Made by a program: the position numbers and the translations under genes
The notes under the pieces: model-generated
Told to the model about the DNA's origin: nothing
What the model saw: the letters and a program-made list of their open reading frames with translations, nothing else
Databases searched by the model: none
Part shown: one piece after another, positions 1 to 8,427 of the stretch
How the letters are laid out: every line of letters begins with the position of its first letter
Numbering within the stretch: position 1 is the first letter of the stretch
Origin: Eubacteriales bacterium
GTDB lineage: Bacteria; Bacillota; Clostridia; Oscillospirales; CAG-272
Direction: 5' to 3'
Length of the DNA stretch: 64,000 nucleotides
Assembly: GCA_045586225.1 (NCBI GenBank)
Contig: JAZMZX010000128.1
Span: forward strand, 95 to 64,094

Positions 1-13
1 TCCTTCTGACAAT

Positions 14-1204
14 ATGAGCGATGATGATTTCAAACCTGTTTACGATATGTTTGCGTTAAGCGGTGTTGTTGAAATTTTTGAAGAATCTCATATGAATGAG
101 ATAATTTCGGTCAACGGTTCAAGTCCGGCTTATGTTTATCTTTTTGCAAAAGATAAAAGAATCGGTGTACTTACATCGGGAGGCGACGCCCCCGGAATGA
201 ACGCTGCAGTGCGTGCCGTTACACGTTCCGCTATCGAGCGCGGCGTTGAGGTCGTGGGAATATATAAGGGCTATCGCGGCCTTATCGACAACGAAATGAA
301 GACCTTCTCATACCGTGACGTTTCCGGTATCCTTAACGAGGGCGGCACCGTCCTCTATTCCGACCGCTGCCACCGCTTCCGCTCTCTTGAGGGTCAGCAG
401 GCGGCTGCAAAGACCTGCCGCGAAAACGGCATCGACGGCATTATCGTTATCGGCGGAGACGGTACCTTCCGAGGCGGCGTTGACCTGACGGCTCAGGGCA
501 TCCCCACCATTGGCATTCCTGCCACCATCGACAACGATATCACCTCCACAGACTACACCATCGGCTTCGACACCGCATCAAACACCTGTCTTTCCATGAT
601 CGACCGTCTCCGCGACACCTGCGAATCTCACGCACGTGCAAACGTTGTTGAGGTTATGGGACGTGACGCCGGCTACATTGCCCTTGAGGTGGGCATCTCC
701 GTAGGTGCCATCGGCATCGCCATCAAGGAGATCCCCTTCAACGAGGAAGAGCTTATCGAAAAGATCCAGATCGGACGCGACGGCGGCAAGCGCCACTACA
801 TCATCGTCGTTGCCGAGGGACTCGGCGACTATTCCGAGCGCCTTGCAAAGCTCATTCCCGAAAAGACCGGTGTTGAGACCCGCTTTGCACGTCTCGGTCA
901 CGTGCTCCGCGGCGGCTCCCCCACACTCCGTGACAGAATGCTCGCCACCCGCATGGCAGACAAGGCTGTTGAATGCCTTCTCGCAGGCGACAGCAACCTT
1001 GTTATGTGCGAGAGCAACGGTAAGATCGAGCCCATGGATATCACCTACGCCCTCCGTCTCGACCAGATGTACAAGGGCAAGCTGAAGGACGGCGATCTCA
1101 AGCCCTACTCCCTGGCCGACATCACCGAGATGCAGCAGATATGCAACGAAAAGCGCGCATACCTGAAAAATCTCTACGACGTTGCAAACAGACTTTCCAA
1201 ATAA
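14..1204 (+). CDS. pfkA: ATP-dependent 6-phosphofructokinase carrying an anomalous 47-codon N-terminal extension
   Basis: 396-aa ORF. From residue ~49 it has canonical PfkA blocks KRIGVLTSGGDAPGMNAA, IGGDGT, PATIDNDI, MGRDAGYIAL and LGHVLRGG. There is no ATG/GTG/TTG where MKRIGVL would normally start; in-frame ATGs occur only at 14, 47 and 92. Confidence 0.85.
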   Translation: MSDDDFKPVYDMFALSGVVEIFEESHMNEIISVNGSSPAYVYLFAKDKRIGVLTSGGDAPGMNAAVRAVTRSAIERGVEVVGIYKGYRGLIDNEMKTFSYRDVSGILNEGGTVLYSDRCHRFRSLEGQQAAAKTCRENGIDGIIVIGGDGTFRGGVDLTAQGIPTIGIPATIDNDITSTDYTIGFDTASNTCLSMIDRLRDTCESHARANVVEVMGRDAGYIALEVGISVGAIGIAIKEIPFNEEELIEKIQIGRDGGKRHYIIVVAEGLGDYSERLAKLIPEKTGVETRFARLGHVLRGGSPTLRDRMLATRMADKAVECLLAGDSNLVMCESNGKIEPMDITYALRLDQMYKGKLKDGDLKPYSLADITEMQQICNEKRAYLKNLYDVANRLSK

Positions 1205-1216
1205 GACTGTCAAGAG

Positions 1217-1254
1217 CAAAAAAAGAGCAGTTCCGAAGAACTGCTCTTTTTTAT
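1217..1254. terminator. Bidirectional intrinsic terminator between convergent pfkA and the minus-strand ligase-like gene
   Basis: 10-bp stem agagcagttc / gaactgctct with cgaa loop (1224-1247), preceded by an A-run and followed by a T-run. Confidence 0.7.
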
Positions 1255-1263
1255 TTGCTTTGG

Positions 1264-2460
1264 TTACATTGTGTAGTTATCGAAGTAGCCCTGGATCCAG
1301 ATGATAGGCGTGCCCTTATCGCCGGAGCCGGATGTCAGGTCGCAAAGAGAACCGATAAGGTCCGTAAGGTTACGGGGAGTGGTACCCTGAGAAACCATCT
1401 TGCCGTGGAGGTCCTCATCCTTATTGCGGATGTACTCGGAGATAGCGGCCTTCAGCTCTTCACCCTTAAGGTGAGCAAATTCGTTATCTGCAAGGTACTT
1501 GAGCTTAAGCTCGTTGGGCTGACCGATCAGTCCGTCGGTGTATGCAGGGGAAACGACAGGGTCTGCAAGCTCCCAGATCTTGCCTACGGGATCCTTGAAT
1601 GCGCCGTCGCCGTAGATCATAACCTCTACCTTAACGCCGGTAGCATCGAGGATGCGCTGCTGGATATCGCGAACGATGGGATCGCAGTCGCGGGGGAAAA
1701 GCTTAACGGAATCCTCGGTTGCCTTGTTGCTTCCGAGCAGACCGTACTTTTCATTGCAGCCGCTTCCGTTTACGGGAGCGGAAAGAACGTCGTCAAGACC
1801 GTATACTGTCTCGGCGCCTGCCGCCTTGAGAAGGCGCTTGGAGCGTGCGCGGGAGTGGATATCGCAGGTGAGCACGTTCTTCTTATAGTTAAGAATAGCG
1901 CGGCAGTCGTTTGCGAGGATGATCTCTGCTTCGCAGCCCTGGCTCTCGATGAGTCCCTTGTAGTATTCTATATAGTCAACTGCGGTGAACTCGTGCTTCG
2001 GGTGACCGAAAAGCTCGATAAAGCGGTCAGCGGTGAGAACGTCGGACCAAGGATTTATGCCTGCAGCATCAAGCTCGTCCAGAGAAATGATGTGGTTGCC
2101 AACCTCGTCGGAGGGGTAGCTGAGCATAAGTGTGATCTTTTTCGCGCCTGCTGCGATGCCCTTAAGGCACATAGCAAAACGGTTGCGGGAAAGGATGGGG
2201 AAAATAACGCCGATCTCTCCCTCGGGGAATTTGTTTCTGATATCGGCTGCGATATCAGAAACCGTTGCATAGTTGCCCTGAGCTCTTGCAACAACGGCCT
2301 CTGTGATGCCGATAACGTCGCGCTCGCGCAGCGAGAGTCCTTCGCTCTGTGCAGCTGCGATAACGCTTTCCGCAACGATCTGTGCGATATTGTCTCCGCG
2401 TCTGATGATGGGAGCGCGTACGCCGCGGGATATTGTTCCGATTAATCTCTGCTCTGACAT
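1264..2460 (-). CDS. CofE-like (F420-0:gamma-glutamyl ligase family) protein
   Basis: 398-aa ORF with RBS gaaagg upstream of ATG 2460. Overall pattern (RAPIIRRGDNI, ITEAVVARAQG, GLLGSNKA, ELADPV) recalls the CofE ligase fold family found in Clostridia. Assignment is from memory of the family, not a search. Confidence 0.55.
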   Translation of the reverse strand: MSEQRLIGTISRGVRAPIIRRGDNIAQIVAESVIAAAQSEGLSLRERDVIGITEAVVARAQGNYATVSDIAADIRNKFPEGEIGVIFPILSRNRFAMCLKGIAAGAKKITLMLSYPSDEVGNHIISLDELDAAGINPWSDVLTADRFIELFGHPKHEFTAVDYIEYYKGLIESQGCEAEIILANDCRAILNYKKNVLTCDIHSRARSKRLLKAAGAETVYGLDDVLSAPVNGSGCNEKYGLLGSNKATEDSVKLFPRDCDPIVRDIQQRILDATGVKVEVMIYGDGAFKDPVGKIWELADPVVSPAYTDGLIGQPNELKLKYLADNEFAHLKGEELKAAISEYIRNKDEDLHGKMVSQGTTPRNLTDLIGSLCDLTSGSGDKGTPIIWIQGYFDNYTM

Positions 2461-2524
2461 ATTATTTGCCTTTCAATAAATGAAATATAGGATAAATAGG
2501 GATCGCTTTATTGATTTTGTGTCA

Positions 2525-2776
2525 TCACTCAGCTTCCACCGCTTCGGTAAGAGCCAATGCAAACTGATCTGCGCAGGAGGTGCTGCGGCTGCCGCAGGTG
2601 TTTCCGCGGAGAAGGCCGATAAGGTGCTCTGCGCTCTGGCCCTCGGAAAGCTTTGCGATGGCTTTAAGATTTCCATTGCATCCGCCGAGGAATTTTACGT
2701 TGTGCACGATGCCGCCGTCAAGCTCGAATTCGATCTCGCGGGCGCATGTGCCGCTTGTTTTATAAACGTGCTTCAT
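2525..2776 (-). CDS. TSCPD-domain small Cys-rich protein (TIGR03905-like)
   Basis: 83 aa with GTCA, GGCNGN and NTCGSRSTSCADQ motifs. TSC[AP]DQ is the signature of the TSCPD domain. Confidence 0.6.
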   Translation of the reverse strand: MKHVYKTSGTCAREIEFELDGGIVHNVKFLGGCNGNLKAIAKLSEGQSAEHLIGLLRGNTCGSRSTSCADQFALALTEAVEAE

Positions 2777-2810
2777 GGTATTTCCTTTTCAGTCGCTTTA
2801 TTATTCTGTA

Positions 2811-3833
2811 TCAGCCTTCCGCGCCCTCGCCCGAGGTCTCGGTGTCGGCTGTGCCTTCCGTTTCGGTGCCTTCCGTTTCGGTGCCGTCGCCCTCAGGGCC
2901 GACCTCGTCGGAAACGGGAGGTATCTCGTGGTTCACGATAACATTACCCTCGGTAACGGTGATGAGCACGGTAGCGTCTCCCGCAGCGGAGGACTCAAAA
3001 TTATAGCTGTCGCCAAAATTCTCGCCGCTTACGCTCACAGTGCCGTTTCTCGCGGAAAGGTGCATATCGTAGAATTCAAGAACAGCGGGAGTGGTGATGC
3101 TCACGTTGGTGGCAGCACCGGTAACGCTGACGTTATTGAAGCTGAAGTTTGCGGCGTTGATATCGCCCGCCTTCATAGCAGCCTCAAGGGTGTCAACGGC
3201 CACATCACTCAGATAAAGGCTTCCCTTCGTGATATCCGTTTTGATGTAAGAGGTGGTCTTCACCGAGGTGAATACCGCGTTACCTTCACCCAGTGTCACA
3301 GACACGTCGATGGAGGTATCGAAGTTTGCCACGTAGACGTTACCCTTGTTTACGTTGATGTTGATAACGTTAAGGTCGCCGTCGGTGGGGAGATACACGT
3401 TGATCTTCTTGGAAACGAGGACCTCATCGGAAGCGCCGCGCTTGATATAATTGCGCAGGCCGTTGAAGCTGAAGCCGGATTCCCAGAATTTGATCACAGA
3501 CATGAAATCTATCATCGTGTTTATGGCGATGTTTCTGTTGGAGGTCGTCAGCGTGTATGTACCTTCGTCGAAATTGTAAAGCTCGATGTAGGGCTCTGCG
3601 GTGCCGCCGTAAATGTAAACGTCGGCCTCGTCGATAACGAACTCAAGCTTATTGTAGATCTCGCCCTCACCGAAAACCACGGTGTTGACGGTATTGTCTT
3701 CGCTGTCAAGGGTCTGATTGAAGATCTCGATTCCCTCTTCAAGGGCGCGCTCCTCTGCTTTTTTGCAGGTGAGCCAGCCGCAAAGAACGATGATAAGAGC
3801 AACGACGATGAATATCATTGACGTGGGTTTCAT
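2811..3833 (-). CDS. Membrane-anchored beta-strand-repeat protein (DUF4097-like putative adhesin)
   Basis: N-terminal TM helix IFIVVALIIVLCGWL followed by repetitive V/N/T-rich strand-like segments. The acidic GTETEGTETEG tail is encoded by a short tandem DNA repeat near 2851-2885. ATGA start/stop overlap with the upstream gene at 3830-3833. Confidence 0.5.
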   Translation of the reverse strand: MKPTSMIFIVVALIIVLCGWLTCKKAEERALEEGIEIFNQTLDSEDNTVNTVVFGEGEIYNKLEFVIDEADVYIYGGTAEPYIELYNFDEGTYTLTTSNRNIAINTMIDFMSVIKFWESGFSFNGLRNYIKRGASDEVLVSKKINVYLPTDGDLNVININVNKGNVYVANFDTSIDVSVTLGEGNAVFTSVKTTSYIKTDITKGSLYLSDVAVDTLEAAMKAGDINAANFSFNNVSVTGAATNVSITTPAVLEFYDMHLSARNGTVSVSGENFGDSYNFESSAAGDATVLITVTEGNVIVNHEIPPVSDEVGPEGDGTETEGTETEGTADTETSGEGAEG

Positions 3834-4879
3834 ATATCAGCGCACGCTCCTTTCACATAGAAGTAAAGCTCCACGCACTTGCGGGAGAGGTACGTGAGAA
3901 GGGTGAACAGCTGCTTGATGATAAAGGGGATCAGTCTTATAGCAACGTTATAAGCAATAATTCCCACAAACATCGTGACACCGCCTATCATCAGGCCAAG
4001 ACCGATCTCGTAAAGGCCGATAGGCGCATAATTGAACAGCTGCGTTACGCCGTATACGATACCGACAAGAGAGAGCACGGTTCCTGCCGCAGCACCCGCA
4101 ACGAGAGCGAGTATCAGAAGGATGATCGACACGCAAAGGGCGCCGATGGTGAGGAGGAACAGCGTGAGTACCGCAAGACCGAGGAAGATCCATATGGGAG
4201 AGGTACACCAGAAAATGATGTAAAACTTCTTATAGTCTGCGTTGGGGTCGGGTCTGTATATGAGCTTCTTATCGTTTCTCTTTTCGCGTCCGCTCTGGGC
4301 ATTCTGTCCCTGAGCCTTAGGTGCGGGCTTAGGTCCTGCACCGCGGGGACGTACGGGCGCGCCGCTGCCGTTTTTTCTCATGGGCGCCGCGTTCTGAGGA
4401 GCTGCGGGCACGTTTCCCTGCTGAGGCTGAGGACGGCGCACAGGCTGAGGCTGGGCAACGGGTGCCTGCTCAGGTCTCACCGCTGCGGGTGCTGCCTGCA
4501 CGGGTGCGGACTGCACCGGCGCCGCCTGCACGGGTGCGGGAACGGGCCTTTCGGCAGGTGCGGAGATCTCCGCTGCGGGCTTAGGCTCGCTGTGTGCGGG
4601 CTGGACTGCGTTCACCTCTGCTTTTTTGGGCTCTGCCGCAGGATCTGCGGGCTTACGGGCAGTTGCGGATCTGGCTGCGCGGCTTTCAGCTTTTCTTTTA
4701 AGCGTTGCCGCGATACGGTCCATCATAGCTTCATTGCCGACGAGGGCAACTATCTTATCGGCTTCCGCATCGGAAAGGGAGCCTACGAATGCTTTCGCCT
4801 CTGCGACCGCAGCATCTCTTGCGATACCGCTCTCTTCGAGCTTGTACGCCAGAACTGCGATCAATTTATTTTTATCCAA
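3830..4879 (-). CDS. Membrane protein with helical N-domain, Pro/Ala/Gln-rich linker and C-terminal multi-TM block (DUF1700-like partner of DUF4097)
   Basis: 349-aa ORF. Low-complexity APVQAAPVQSAPVQAAP region, with the 16-nt string gcctgcacgggtgcgg repeated at 4494 and 4524. It has 4-5 C-terminal hydrophobic helices and is translationally coupled to the next gene. Confidence 0.45.
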   Translation of the reverse strand: MDKNKLIAVLAYKLEESGIARDAAVAEAKAFVGSLSDAEADKIVALVGNEAMMDRIAATLKRKAESRAARSATARKPADPAAEPKKAEVNAVQPAHSEPKPAAEISAPAERPVPAPVQAAPVQSAPVQAAPAAVRPEQAPVAQPQPVRRPQPQQGNVPAAPQNAAPMRKNGSGAPVRPRGAGPKPAPKAQGQNAQSGREKRNDKKLIYRPDPNADYKKFYIIFWCTSPIWIFLGLAVLTLFLLTIGALCVSIILLILALVAGAAAGTVLSLVGIVYGVTQLFNYAPIGLYEIGLGLMIGGVTMFVGIIAYNVAIRLIPFIIKQLFTLLTYLSRKCVELYFYVKGACADI

Positions 4880-4908
4880 ATTTCCACCCCCTTTTTAAGA
4901 GTTCAGTG

Positions 4909-4937
4909 TAGATAAAAGCGATTTTTTGTGGTATACT
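4909..4937 (+). promoter_or_regulatory. Candidate sigma-A promoter of trmB
   Basis: TAGATA (4909-4914), 17-nt spacer, then TATACT (4932-4937) with upstream TGg extended -10. Confidence 0.4.
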
Positions 4938-5014
4938 GTGTCTTACACGGAGCGCATTTGCACGCTCACACAAAAACACATAATATTGTACCAAAAATAA
5001 GGATAAAATTCAAT

Positions 5015-5689
5015 ATGAGAATGCGAAAAAAAAAGAATTCACAAATCAGAATTGATAAATGTGCGTCCCTTCTTATAAACGATCCCGCAAGCGAGACCTT
5101 CGCCGACGTGTACGCGCCCTTCCCCGAGGAGCTTCGCGGACTTCCCGTGTGCGTTGAGTTCGGATGCGGCAAGGGAGACTTCGTCTGCGGCATGGCAAAA
5201 AAACACCCGGACCGCCTTTTCTACGCCGTTGAAAGAGTTTCCGACGTTATGCTTTTCGCTCTCGAAAAGCGCGCAGCGCAGATGGCGGAGGACCCCACCC
5301 TGCCCGATAACGTGCGCTTCATCATCGGCAATGCACAGAATGCGAAGGAGTGGTTCGCCCCCGACTCACTCTCGGCGATATATCTTAATTTCAGCGACCC
5401 CTGGCCCAAGAAGGGCTACTACAAGCGCCGCCTTACCTATCGCGGATTTTTGGCGATCTATTCCCGTATTCTCGCCCGCGGCGGCACTCTCAACCAGAAG
5501 ACCGACAACGTGATCCTCTTCGATTTCACCCTTGAAGAGCTTCCCGAATCCCCCTTCAAGCTTTCCTGGCACACCCGCGACCTTCACGCAAGTGAATGGA
5601 ACGAGGGCAACGTCGTGACCGAATACGAGCGCCGCTTCACGGAGCTTGGCACCCCCATCAACGCCCTCTCGGCCGTTAATGAAAAGTGA
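5015..5689 (+). CDS. trmB: tRNA (guanine46-N7)-methyltransferase
   Basis: Motifs VEFGCGKGDF (SAM site), IYLNFSDPWPKK and KTDN. I chose ATG 5015 (RBS aagga upstream) rather than the tracked GTG 4928, which lies inside the promoter. Confidence 0.85.
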   Translation: MRMRKKKNSQIRIDKCASLLINDPASETFADVYAPFPEELRGLPVCVEFGCGKGDFVCGMAKKHPDRLFYAVERVSDVMLFALEKRAAQMAEDPTLPDNVRFIIGNAQNAKEWFAPDSLSAIYLNFSDPWPKKGYYKRRLTYRGFLAIYSRILARGGTLNQKTDNVILFDFTLEELPESPFKLSWHTRDLHASEWNEGNVVTEYERRFTELGTPINALSAVNEK

Positions 5690-5743
5690 TCATGTGAGCT
5701 TGATCCGGAGGGAAACTCCCCCTCTTCTTTCAAAAGCTTTAAT

Positions 5744-5777
5744 AAAAAAAGAGCCTTCACCGAAGGCTCTCTTTTTG
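5744..5777. terminator. Bidirectional intrinsic terminator (trmB / membrane cassette)
   Basis: Stem agagccttc / gaaggctct (5750-5770) with an A-run before and ctttttg after. It abuts the stop of the 49-aa minus-strand ORF. Confidence 0.7.
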
Positions 5778-5927
5778 TTATATATCTCTTTCGAAGGTTA
5801 TGAGAAGCTTGATCGTCCAGACGTTCCAATACGTCACGGACACCACTCTCCATCCCTGCCTTGCCATGGCGTTCATGGTTTCTTCCGCGCGCCACTTTGA
5901 GGTCTCGATCATTTTATATTCCTTCAT
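5778..5927 (-). CDS. 49-aa DUF4177-like small protein (absent from supplied ORF track)
   Basis: My translation is MKEYKMIETSKWRAEETMNAMARQGWRVVSVTYWNVWTIKLLITFERDI. Strong RBS GGGAGG lies 7 nt upstream of ATG 5927. The GW[RE][LV]V..........F[EK]R pattern recalls DUF4177. Confidence 0.5.
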   Translation of the reverse strand: MKEYKMIETSKWRAEETMNAMARQGWRVVSVTYWNVWTIKLLITFERDI

Positions 5928-5965
5928 TTGTGTGCCTCCCTATAGCTTTTCCTTCGCGGGATTCT

Positions 5966-6526
5966 TTATCTCACCATGGTTTCCTCAACGTTCTTTCTGG
6001 TGAGCACCAGGAAGATCACGCTGACACCGGCATTCACGATACCGAACACAAGCACCTTCAGTATCACGCCGAGGATAGCGGAGCCTGTGAGAAGATAGAA
6101 GCCCGAATCCATGATATAAAACTGCTCGATGCCCATAGCGCCGCCGAAAGCGAAGCCGAAGATGGAGAAGAAGATCATATACGGTATCTGGAATATTACA
6201 CCGACCGCCATTCTCAGAAGGGTCTCCTTCAGAATATTTTCCTTCAGATATTTGATGACGGAAAACTCCCCGTTGCGAAGCGCCTCCTTGATGGAGGTCC
6301 TGTATTCAATGTAGGAAGTTTCAAATTTCGATATCAGCGCGATAAGGAATGCATCAACGAAAACGTTGAATCCGATGAGGGTCAGCATTGCGCGCCCGGG
6401 CGCGTCGAGCCACATATAGGTAACGGCGTTTGAAAGCAAAAGGCCGTATGCAAACATTGAAATGATATGCGCAAGAGCGAGAACTCCCACCCATTTAACA
6501 CATTTTCTGAAGATCTCTTTTTTCAT
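5966..6526 (-). CDS. Polytopic membrane protein, family C (copy C2)
   Basis: 186 aa with ~5 hydrophobic helices and RBS aggag. Paralogue of 6564-7127 (TSYIEYRTSIKEALRNGEFS, FQIPYMIF, RKNVEETMV). Confidence 0.6.
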   Translation of the reverse strand: MKKEIFRKCVKWVGVLALAHIISMFAYGLLLSNAVTYMWLDAPGRAMLTLIGFNVFVDAFLIALISKFETSYIEYRTSIKEALRNGEFSVIKYLKENILKETLLRMAVGVIFQIPYMIFFSIFGFAFGGAMGIEQFYIMDSGFYLLTGSAILGVILKVLVFGIVNAGVSVIFLVLTRKNVEETMVR

Positions 6527-6563
6527 AAGTAACTCCTTATATCAGTCGTCCCCGATATGGGGA

Positions 6564-7127
6564 TCAAAGCATTGAATCTTCCACGTTTCTCTTGGCGAAA
6601 AGGATGACAACTACCGTAAATATAATGTTTATGATGCCGAAAGTCAAGCCTTTGAGAAGCATCGCCAAAAAAGGCACGTGGGTAAGAAAATAGAAAAACG
6701 AATCCATTGCGTAAAAATCCATGAACTTAGCAAGCGAAGGGGACAAAAAGCCTACGCCCGCCGCGTTTACGATGGCATATGGTATCTGAAACAGAACGTA
6801 TATCCCGGCTTTGAAGAGGGATTCCTTGAGCAGCCACCTTTTGAGCTCGCCCGCGATCGAAAACTCTCCCGCCTTTAAGGCATCACGCATTGCGTACCGA
6901 TATTCGACGTACGTGGTCTCGCTGTAGGCGAGGATGGCGGTGAAGCAGCTCTGGAGAAAAAGGCTGTAGCAGGCGAGCAGCATCAGCGCCGGCACCTTCA
7001 TCTGATCGAGATACAGGTGCGCGAACACGTTTGAAACCGTCATCGCATAGGTGAACATCGAAACAAAATGAACGATGAAGAGTCCAGCCGTCCAGTGCAC
7101 CAGCCTTTTGAAAAGCTTATGATCCAT
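6564..7127 (-). CDS. Polytopic membrane protein, family C (copy C1)
   Basis: Paralogue of 5966-6526 (TTYVEYRYAMRDALKAGEFS, FQIPYAIV, KRNVEDSML). Start moved to ATG 7127 (RBS gggaga 6 nt upstream) rather than tracked 7142. Overlaps the upstream gene by 11 nt. Confidence 0.6.
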   Translation of the reverse strand: MDHKLFKRLVHWTAGLFIVHFVSMFTYAMTVSNVFAHLYLDQMKVPALMLLACYSLFLQSCFTAILAYSETTYVEYRYAMRDALKAGEFSIAGELKRWLLKESLFKAGIYVLFQIPYAIVNAAGVGFLSPSLAKFMDFYAMDSFFYFLTHVPFLAMLLKGLTFGIINIIFTVVVILFAKRNVEDSML

Positions 7128-7749
7128 AATTTTCTCCCACATCTTCCGTCAACAATATGGAATGCTTGCATTTGTCGCATACTCTGTCGGATTTTTCGTT
7201 TTCTTCTCCGCAGATAACGCATTTCACCACATCGCTGTCGCTTATCACCTGAAGATATTTCGTTCCGTACACGTGGAGCACACGGGTACCCACTCTGTAA
7301 TCGGAAATAAATGATTCAAAGATATCGGCGTCGGTGGTATCGCAGGCGGTGAAGGAGACCTTCATACCGTTCTGAAGCTTCACTATCACCGTGAGCACGT
7401 GTCGGTATTCCGACATTTTTGAGCCGTAGCCGTCAAAGCCCGTCTTATAATTGGCACCATTCATTTTACTTTGAATGACCGTTTTCGTTTTGTGCTCAAC
7501 AACCTCGCCGCACCAGGTTGAATCTATCAGCTTCACAGGGACGCCCGTCACGATAAGCACGATCAGCGACGGGAGAGCATACATGATCACGGCGTAGGAC
7601 GTGCCCTTTTCAAGTATTGCGTCAAGGTTCATCGTCACGCCCGTGATCACCGCCGCGAGAAGCAATGCGCAAACGGTCACTCTTGCCAATACACGGATCA
7701 GAACGTAACGCTTTATGTCTTTTGGGATCTTGATCGTCTGCATAGCCAA
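7117..7749 (-). CDS. Two-TM protein with DUF2500-like domain and C-terminal zinc ribbon (copy A')
   Basis: 210 aa with two N-terminal helices, a beta-rich middle and CVICGEENEKSDRVCDKCKH. Paralogue of 9070-9687. GGAGG lies 7 nt before TTG 7749 (ATG 7743 is an alternative). Confidence 0.6.
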   Translation of the reverse strand: MAMQTIKIPKDIKRYVLIRVLARVTVCALLLAAVITGVTMNLDAILEKGTSYAVIMYALPSLIVLIVTGVPVKLIDSTWCGEVVEHKTKTVIQSKMNGANYKTGFDGYGSKMSEYRHVLTVIVKLQNGMKVSFTACDTTDADIFESFISDYRVGTRVLHVYGTKYLQVISDSDVVKCVICGEENEKSDRVCDKCKHSILLTEDVGENYGS

Positions 7750-7762
7750 ATAATTTCCTCCG

Positions 7763-8413
7763 TCAATAATTCAATCTGTTTTTATACATATCGTCTAACT
7801 TTTTTCGTTCCATAAGTGATCCTTCGAGCATCCTTTTGTTTCTCAAAATCTCTTTTTTGAACTTTTTCAAAAAAGCAAATTCATATAAAGCAAAATATAG
7901 AATATAGATCAGCAAAAACACCGCCGTATCCATCGGTGTGGCTTCGCGTCCTGCAACGATCTGATCATATTTTCCCAGCGGAACGACATATAAAATTGAA
8001 TATAAATGATAGGTCACAGGAGATGTGATTAGTCCATATTTGGTATACACAGTTGGCAAAAGTCCAACCACGAACCTGACGGCTTCACCCAATGCCGCTA
8101 TTGAAATAGCTTTCACATACCACTTATTCAGATCGTCGGAAAGAGAATAAAACCTTGTGACTATATGACGCAAAGCTCTTGTCGTCAGTATCCACGGCAA
8201 AATGATGGCAATGGGAATGAGCGTCAACGCCTGCAAAAGCACGTGCAGCGCCATGCCTTGCATGATAGACAAAAGCTGCGCCACAAGTGTGATGATATAA
8301 AACGTAGCGGCGTTTGAGATAACGGTGATGCCCATAAATTTTATTTTGTCTTGCCTTGTAACTTCGCGTTCAAAATAAAAATCTCGATTGATTATTTTGT
8401 CATCGTGTGTCAT
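7763..8413 (-). CDS. Polytopic membrane protein, family B (copy B2)
   Basis: 216 aa with RBS aggag and a charged C-terminal tail. Paralogue of 8428-9051 (YVVPLGKYDQIV vs YISPLGLHDRIF). AT-rich relative to its flanks. Confidence 0.6.
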   Translation of the reverse strand: MTHDDKIINRDFYFEREVTRQDKIKFMGITVISNAATFYIITLVAQLLSIMQGMALHVLLQALTLIPIAIILPWILTTRALRHIVTRFYSLSDDLNKWYVKAISIAALGEAVRFVVGLLPTVYTKYGLITSPVTYHLYSILYVVPLGKYDQIVAGREATPMDTAVFLLIYILYFALYEFAFLKKFKKEILRNKRMLEGSLMERKKLDDMYKNRLNY

Positions 8414-8427
8414 AGCTTTCTCCTTTA

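Noticed and set aside
5584-6433. Tracked ORFs 5584-5895(-), 5646-5900(+), 5800-6003(+) and 5861-6433(+) around the trmB terminator.
   Set aside because: They cross a strong bidirectional terminator or lie antisense to the family-C membrane gene. The only ORF here with a strong RBS and a recognisable pattern is the untracked 49-aa frame at 5778-5927.
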